Both the position numbers and the translations under genes were made by a program. A stretch of DNA of 64,000 nt, from assembly GCA_949289575.1 (NCBI GenBank), contig CASEOG010000004.1:6053-70052 (forward strand), written 5' to 3'. Below the pieces are notes generated by a model. The model saw nothing but the letters and a program-made list of their open reading frames with translations, was not told the origin of the DNA and made no database searches. Position 1 is the stretch's first letter. The number at the start of each line of letters is the position of its first letter. The DNA comes from an uncultured Spirochaetales bacterium. Its GTDB lineage: Bacteria > Spirochaetota > Spirochaetia > JAFGXN01. Shown here piece after piece: positions 60,600 through 64,000 of the stretch.

Positions 60600-61330
60600 T
60601 GGACGGCGTACCGGCCTCATCAGCCGATTTTAAACTCGAAAAATTCGAAGGCCCTCTCGATTTGCTTGTGACACTGATTCGTAATAACGATATCAATATT
60701 TACGATATTCCGATAGCCGAAATTACGGATCAGTTTATCGGGTATATCGAGCGGGGTGACAGAATCAATTTAAACAATCTGACCGAATTTTATTATATGG
60801 CCTCGACTCTGATTTATATTAAATCGAAGATGCTTTTGCCGGTTGATGTCGATTTGGATGAAGAATTCGAAGATCCGCGCCAGGAATTGGTCGAAAAACT
60901 GATAGAATATCAGAAATTCAGAAAAATTACCGATATGATGCAGGAGCAGATCGGGGAAAACGAATGGTTTATCGATCGACGCCGCAGGCAAAAGACACTG
61001 CCGTTTCCCGAAACCGGTCAGGATTGGGAAGATATGGATGTACTGGATTTATGCCGTATCTTTTCCGGTCTGATGAAAAAAGTTCCTTTTAATGTAAATA
61101 TTTACGAAGATGTTTCCGTTGAAGAAAAGCAGACATTGATTGATGAGTTTCTGCAGACAAAGAAAGAATTTCTGTTTACCGATTTGATAAAAAATTTCGA
61201 TTCGGCAATGGAAGTGATCTGTGCTTTTCTTTCGATTCTGATTTATGTCCGTGACAGGAAAATATCGCTGATGCAAAACCGGATGTTCGGTGACATTAAA
61301 ATTACGGCATACAGAAAAGAAATTACGTAA
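60599..61330 (+). CDS. scpA: Segregation and condensation protein A
   Basis: FEGPLDLLV, IKSKMLLP, DPRQELV. Confidence 0.93.
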   Translation: MDGVPASSADFKLEKFEGPLDLLVTLIRNNDINIYDIPIAEITDQFIGYIERGDRINLNNLTEFYYMASTLIYIKSKMLLPVDVDLDEEFEDPRQELVEKLIEYQKFRKITDMMQEQIGENEWFIDRRRRQKTLPFPETGQDWEDMDVLDLCRIFSGLMKKVPFNVNIYEDVSVEEKQTLIDEFLQTKKEFLFTDLIKNFDSAMEVICAFLSILIYVRDRKISLMQNRMFGDIKITAYRKEIT

Positions 61331-61349
61331 ACGGGAGAAGGAGAAACGA

Positions 61350-61919
61350 ATGTCCGAGGTGAAGAATAGTCAACGGGAAAATCCCGAAATTCACAGTCAG
61401 GCTGCGCTGATTGAAACAGTTTTATTTTTGGAAACCGATCCCGTACCTGTCGAAAAACTGATAAAAATAACAGGGCTGACGGAGCAGGCCGTTTCGGAGG
61501 CTTTAAGCTATCTGTCGGATGCCTGTAAAAATGCCGATCGCGGATTGGAACTTTCGCAGCTGGGCGGCGGTTATTTTCTGATGCCAAAAGAAGAACATTG
61601 GGAAATTTTGAAAGAGCGTTACGGTAAAAAGAATGACGACCGTTTATCCAGGGCTGCGCTCGAAACTCTTTCCATTATCGCATATTCCCAACCGATAACC
61701 AAATCGGAAATCGAAAAAATCAGAGGTGTTTCCGCCGATACCATGATACGCAATCTTTTGGATAAAGAACTTATTGTCGAAAAAGGCCGCAAAGATTCAC
61801 CCGGCCGTCCGATGATGTACGGAACAACATTAAAATTTCTTACTGTTTTTAAATTAAAAAGTATTGCCGATTTGCCGAAACTCGGAGAAGCCGAAAAAAC
61901 CAAGTTCGAGCTCAACTGA
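61350..61919 (+). CDS. scpB: Segregation and condensation protein B
   Basis: LSRAALETLSIIAYSQPITKSEIEKIRGV, PGRPMMYGTT. Confidence 0.95.
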   Translation: MSEVKNSQRENPEIHSQAALIETVLFLETDPVPVEKLIKITGLTEQAVSEALSYLSDACKNADRGLELSQLGGGYFLMPKEEHWEILKERYGKKNDDRLSRAALETLSIIAYSQPITKSEIEKIRGVSADTMIRNLLDKELIVEKGRKDSPGRPMMYGTTLKFLTVFKLKSIADLPKLGEAEKTKFELN

Positions 61920-62650
61920 TGGAAGAATTCCCCGTACGAATTCAAAAATATATTGCGGCCTGCGGATTGATGTCGAGAAGGAAGGCGGAAGAGGCTGTTG
62001 CCGCCGGCAGGGTCTCCGTAAACGGAACGGCTGTAAACGAACCCGGGTTTAAGGTCTCGAAGACCGATCGGGTGACTGTCGACGGCATTCTTTGTATCCC
62101 GCAAAACCGGAAAATTTATATTTTACTTAACAAACCGGAAAAGGTGATATGTTCGCGAATCGACACATGCGGACGTACAACCGTCTTTGATCTGCTTCCG
62201 GAAAAATTTCGAACCGGATTTCATACTGCCGGCAGACTCGATTTTATGTCGTGCGGTCTGATTATCATTTCCAACGACGGTCGGCTGACGGCCGGTCTGA
62301 CACACCCGTCCCGCGGAATCGAAAAAGAGTATCTGGTCCGAACGGATAAAAAAATTGATGAGAATTTGCTAAAAAATTTTCAAAACGGCTTTTCTATAAA
62401 TGAAATTTCGTATAGAATAAAAACGTATAAGATTCTGAGTCGCAACGAGTATCTCTTCGTTCTGACGGAAGGAAAAAATCGGGAGATTCGGAATCTTCTG
62501 AATCAAAATCATATTGGAGTTAAACTGTTGCGACGGATACGCATCGGCGGCGTAAAAATCGCAGATCTGAAATCGGGAGAATTCAGATATTTAACCTCGC
62601 AAGAGGTTGACAGTTTACTGGAAACGGGTGTAAATGGTTGTAGCAATTGA
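61919..62650 (+). CDS. rluB: RsuA/RluB-family pseudouridine synthase
   Basis: S4 domain (SRRKAE), GRLD, EGKNREIR. Confidence 0.85.
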   Translation: MEEFPVRIQKYIAACGLMSRRKAEEAVAAGRVSVNGTAVNEPGFKVSKTDRVTVDGILCIPQNRKIYILLNKPEKVICSRIDTCGRTTVFDLLPEKFRTGFHTAGRLDFMSCGLIIISNDGRLTAGLTHPSRGIEKEYLVRTDKKIDENLLKNFQNGFSINEISYRIKTYKILSRNEYLFVLTEGKNREIRNLLNQNHIGVKLLRRIRIGGVKIADLKSGEFRYLTSQEVDSLLETGVNGCSN

Positions 62651-63281
62651 CGGTCCCGCCGGTGTCGGGAAAAGCACTGTCGCACATCGAATCGCATCGG
62701 AATTCGGCTTTCATTTTTTAAACAGCGGAAACTTTTACCGTTGTATTGCCTATTTTGCTTTGAAAAAGCGGATTCCGGTTGATAATTCTTCTGCTTTAAT
62801 TCGCATAGCCGAAGAATTGAATTTGTCTCTCAAACACGATTGTCTTTATTACGAAGACGAAAATATCGAACCTTATCTTCATACACATGAAATAGATGAA
62901 ATCGTAGCTCCCGTGTCTGCCGTACCGGAAGTGAGAGCAGCCGTTAACCGGTTAATCAGAAAACTCTACTCGAATGTCGATCTTGTCTGTGAAGGCAGGG
63001 ATATGACAACCGTTGTTTTTCCCGATGCGGAAGTCAAAATATATCTTGATGCTTCGCCCGAAATTCGAGCCTCACGCCGTCTTCATCAGGGATGCAGTTC
63101 GGCCGATTATCAGACCATTTTGACATCCATACAAAACAGAGACCGGATTGATACAGGGAAATCGGTCGGAAAACTTTGTGTTGCCGAAGATGCTTTGTAT
63201 ATCGATACTTCCGATCTTGATTTGGATTCAGTTACCGAAAAAATTTTATGCCATATAAAGGAAAATAGGAGAAAGAAATGA
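62634..63281 (+). CDS. cmk: Cytidylate kinase
   Basis: IDGPAGVGKST, EGRDMTTVVFPDA. Confidence 0.95.
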   Translation: MVVAIDGPAGVGKSTVAHRIASEFGFHFLNSGNFYRCIAYFALKKRIPVDNSSALIRIAEELNLSLKHDCLYYEDENIEPYLHTHEIDEIVAPVSAVPEVRAAVNRLIRKLYSNVDLVCEGRDMTTVVFPDAEVKIYLDASPEIRASRRLHQGCSSADYQTILTSIQNRDRIDTGKSVGKLCVAEDALYIDTSDLDLDSVTEKILCHIKENRRKK

Positions 63282-64000
63282 ATTTTGATGAAATGATGGA
63301 CATCAGCCAGGATGAAATGGAAAAGTCTCTCGAGAGCTTCGGAAACGTTATCGAAGGGGATGTTGTAGACGGAAAAGTTGTATCGGTTACCGCTTCGAAT
63401 GTATTCCTGGACGTGAAATGCAAATCGGAAGGGATTTTATCGATTTCCGAATTCGGAGACAATATTCCGTCGGTCGGAGATACCGTTCAGGTATTTCTTG
63501 AAAGAAAAGAAGACAGAGAGGGGCGTCCGGTCATTTCGAAATCAAAAGCCGATGAACAGAGAATTAAACGTTCTCTGAAAACCGCAACGGCTGCTCACGA
63601 GCCCGTTACCGGTAAGTTCGTAAAAGAGGTCACCGGAGGATTGAGTGTCGATTTGGGGGCCGATATTCTTGCTTTCTGTCCGACATCCCAGATTGATATT
63701 AACAGAGTCGAAAATCCGTCGGAATGGATCGGTAAAACAGGAGAATTCCTGATTCAGCGACAGACCGACCGCAAATCGATTACCGTTTCGCGTCGTCGCT
63801 ATCTTGAAGAAAAAATCAATAAAGCCCGCGATGAATTCTTTAATACGGTCAAAGAAGGTGATGTGGTCGAAGGCGTTGCCAAAAATTTTACTTCTTACGG
63901 TGCTTTCGTCGATCTGGGCGGATTTGACGGACTGCTCCATTTGTCCGATATGAGCTGGGGGCATGCCAGCAGTCCGCGAACTTATATGAATAAAGGCGAC
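63278..64000 (+). CDS. rpsA: 30S ribosomal protein S1, 3'-partial
   Basis: ATG 63278 overlaps the cmk stop; KSEG, and YGAFVDLGGFDGLLHLSDMSWG S1 repeat near the window end. Confidence 0.93.
   Translation, partial: MNFDEMMDISQDEMEKSLESFGNVIEGDVVDGKVVSVTASNVFLDVKCKSEGILSISEFGDNIPSVGDTVQVFLERKEDREGRPVISKSKADEQRIKRSLKTATAAHEPVTGKFVKEVTGGLSVDLGADILAFCPTSQIDINRVENPSEWIGKTGEFLIQRQTDRKSITVSRRRYLEEKINKARDEFFNTVKEGDVVEGVAKNFTSYGAFVDLGGFDGLLHLSDMSWGHASSPRTYMNKGD

Noticed and set aside
1..64000. Prophage, IS, CRISPR or defence island
   Set aside because: No integrase, transposase, cas, nuclease or repeat-spacer pattern found; nearly all sequence is accounted for by housekeeping genes.

Overview
This is a gene-dense core-chromosome segment. 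It is most likely from a spirochaete, inferred from the giant GreA, the Zn-ribbon-tailed NusA, and the gene orders pnp-dut-lptF-lptG-tgt-murJ-HEAT, mltG-dnaG-rpoD-Zn-ribbon-rnpB-TPR-mreBCD-mrdA-rodA and scpAB-rluB-cmk-rpsA. The left ~12 kb is more accessory. It holds a partial YD-repeat protein, a B12-dependent class II ribonucleotide reductase with tandem NrdR-like boxes, a MarR-led TolC/adaptor/RND efflux operon extended by a PII-like protein and a pseudo-receiver OmpR regulator, and glyA. Three tRNAs (Gly, Thr, Tyr) and RNase P RNA are present. I saw no mobile elements, CRISPR arrays or defence systems. The most interesting non-obvious signals are: (1) a 13-codon leader peptide with a mutually exclusive terminator/antiterminator directly upstream of glyA; (2) six operon-initial genes with sigma70-like promoters placing +1 at the ATG and no Shine-Dalgarno (predicted leaderless mRNAs, including two back-to-back divergent pairs); (3) the PII-like and pseudo-receiver partners of the RND pump; (4) a 1431-aa barrel/8x Ig-repeat/OmpA envelope protein; (5) two sharply GC-rich patches coinciding with eroded-looking domains. 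All family calls are by eye from motifs; no database search was run.
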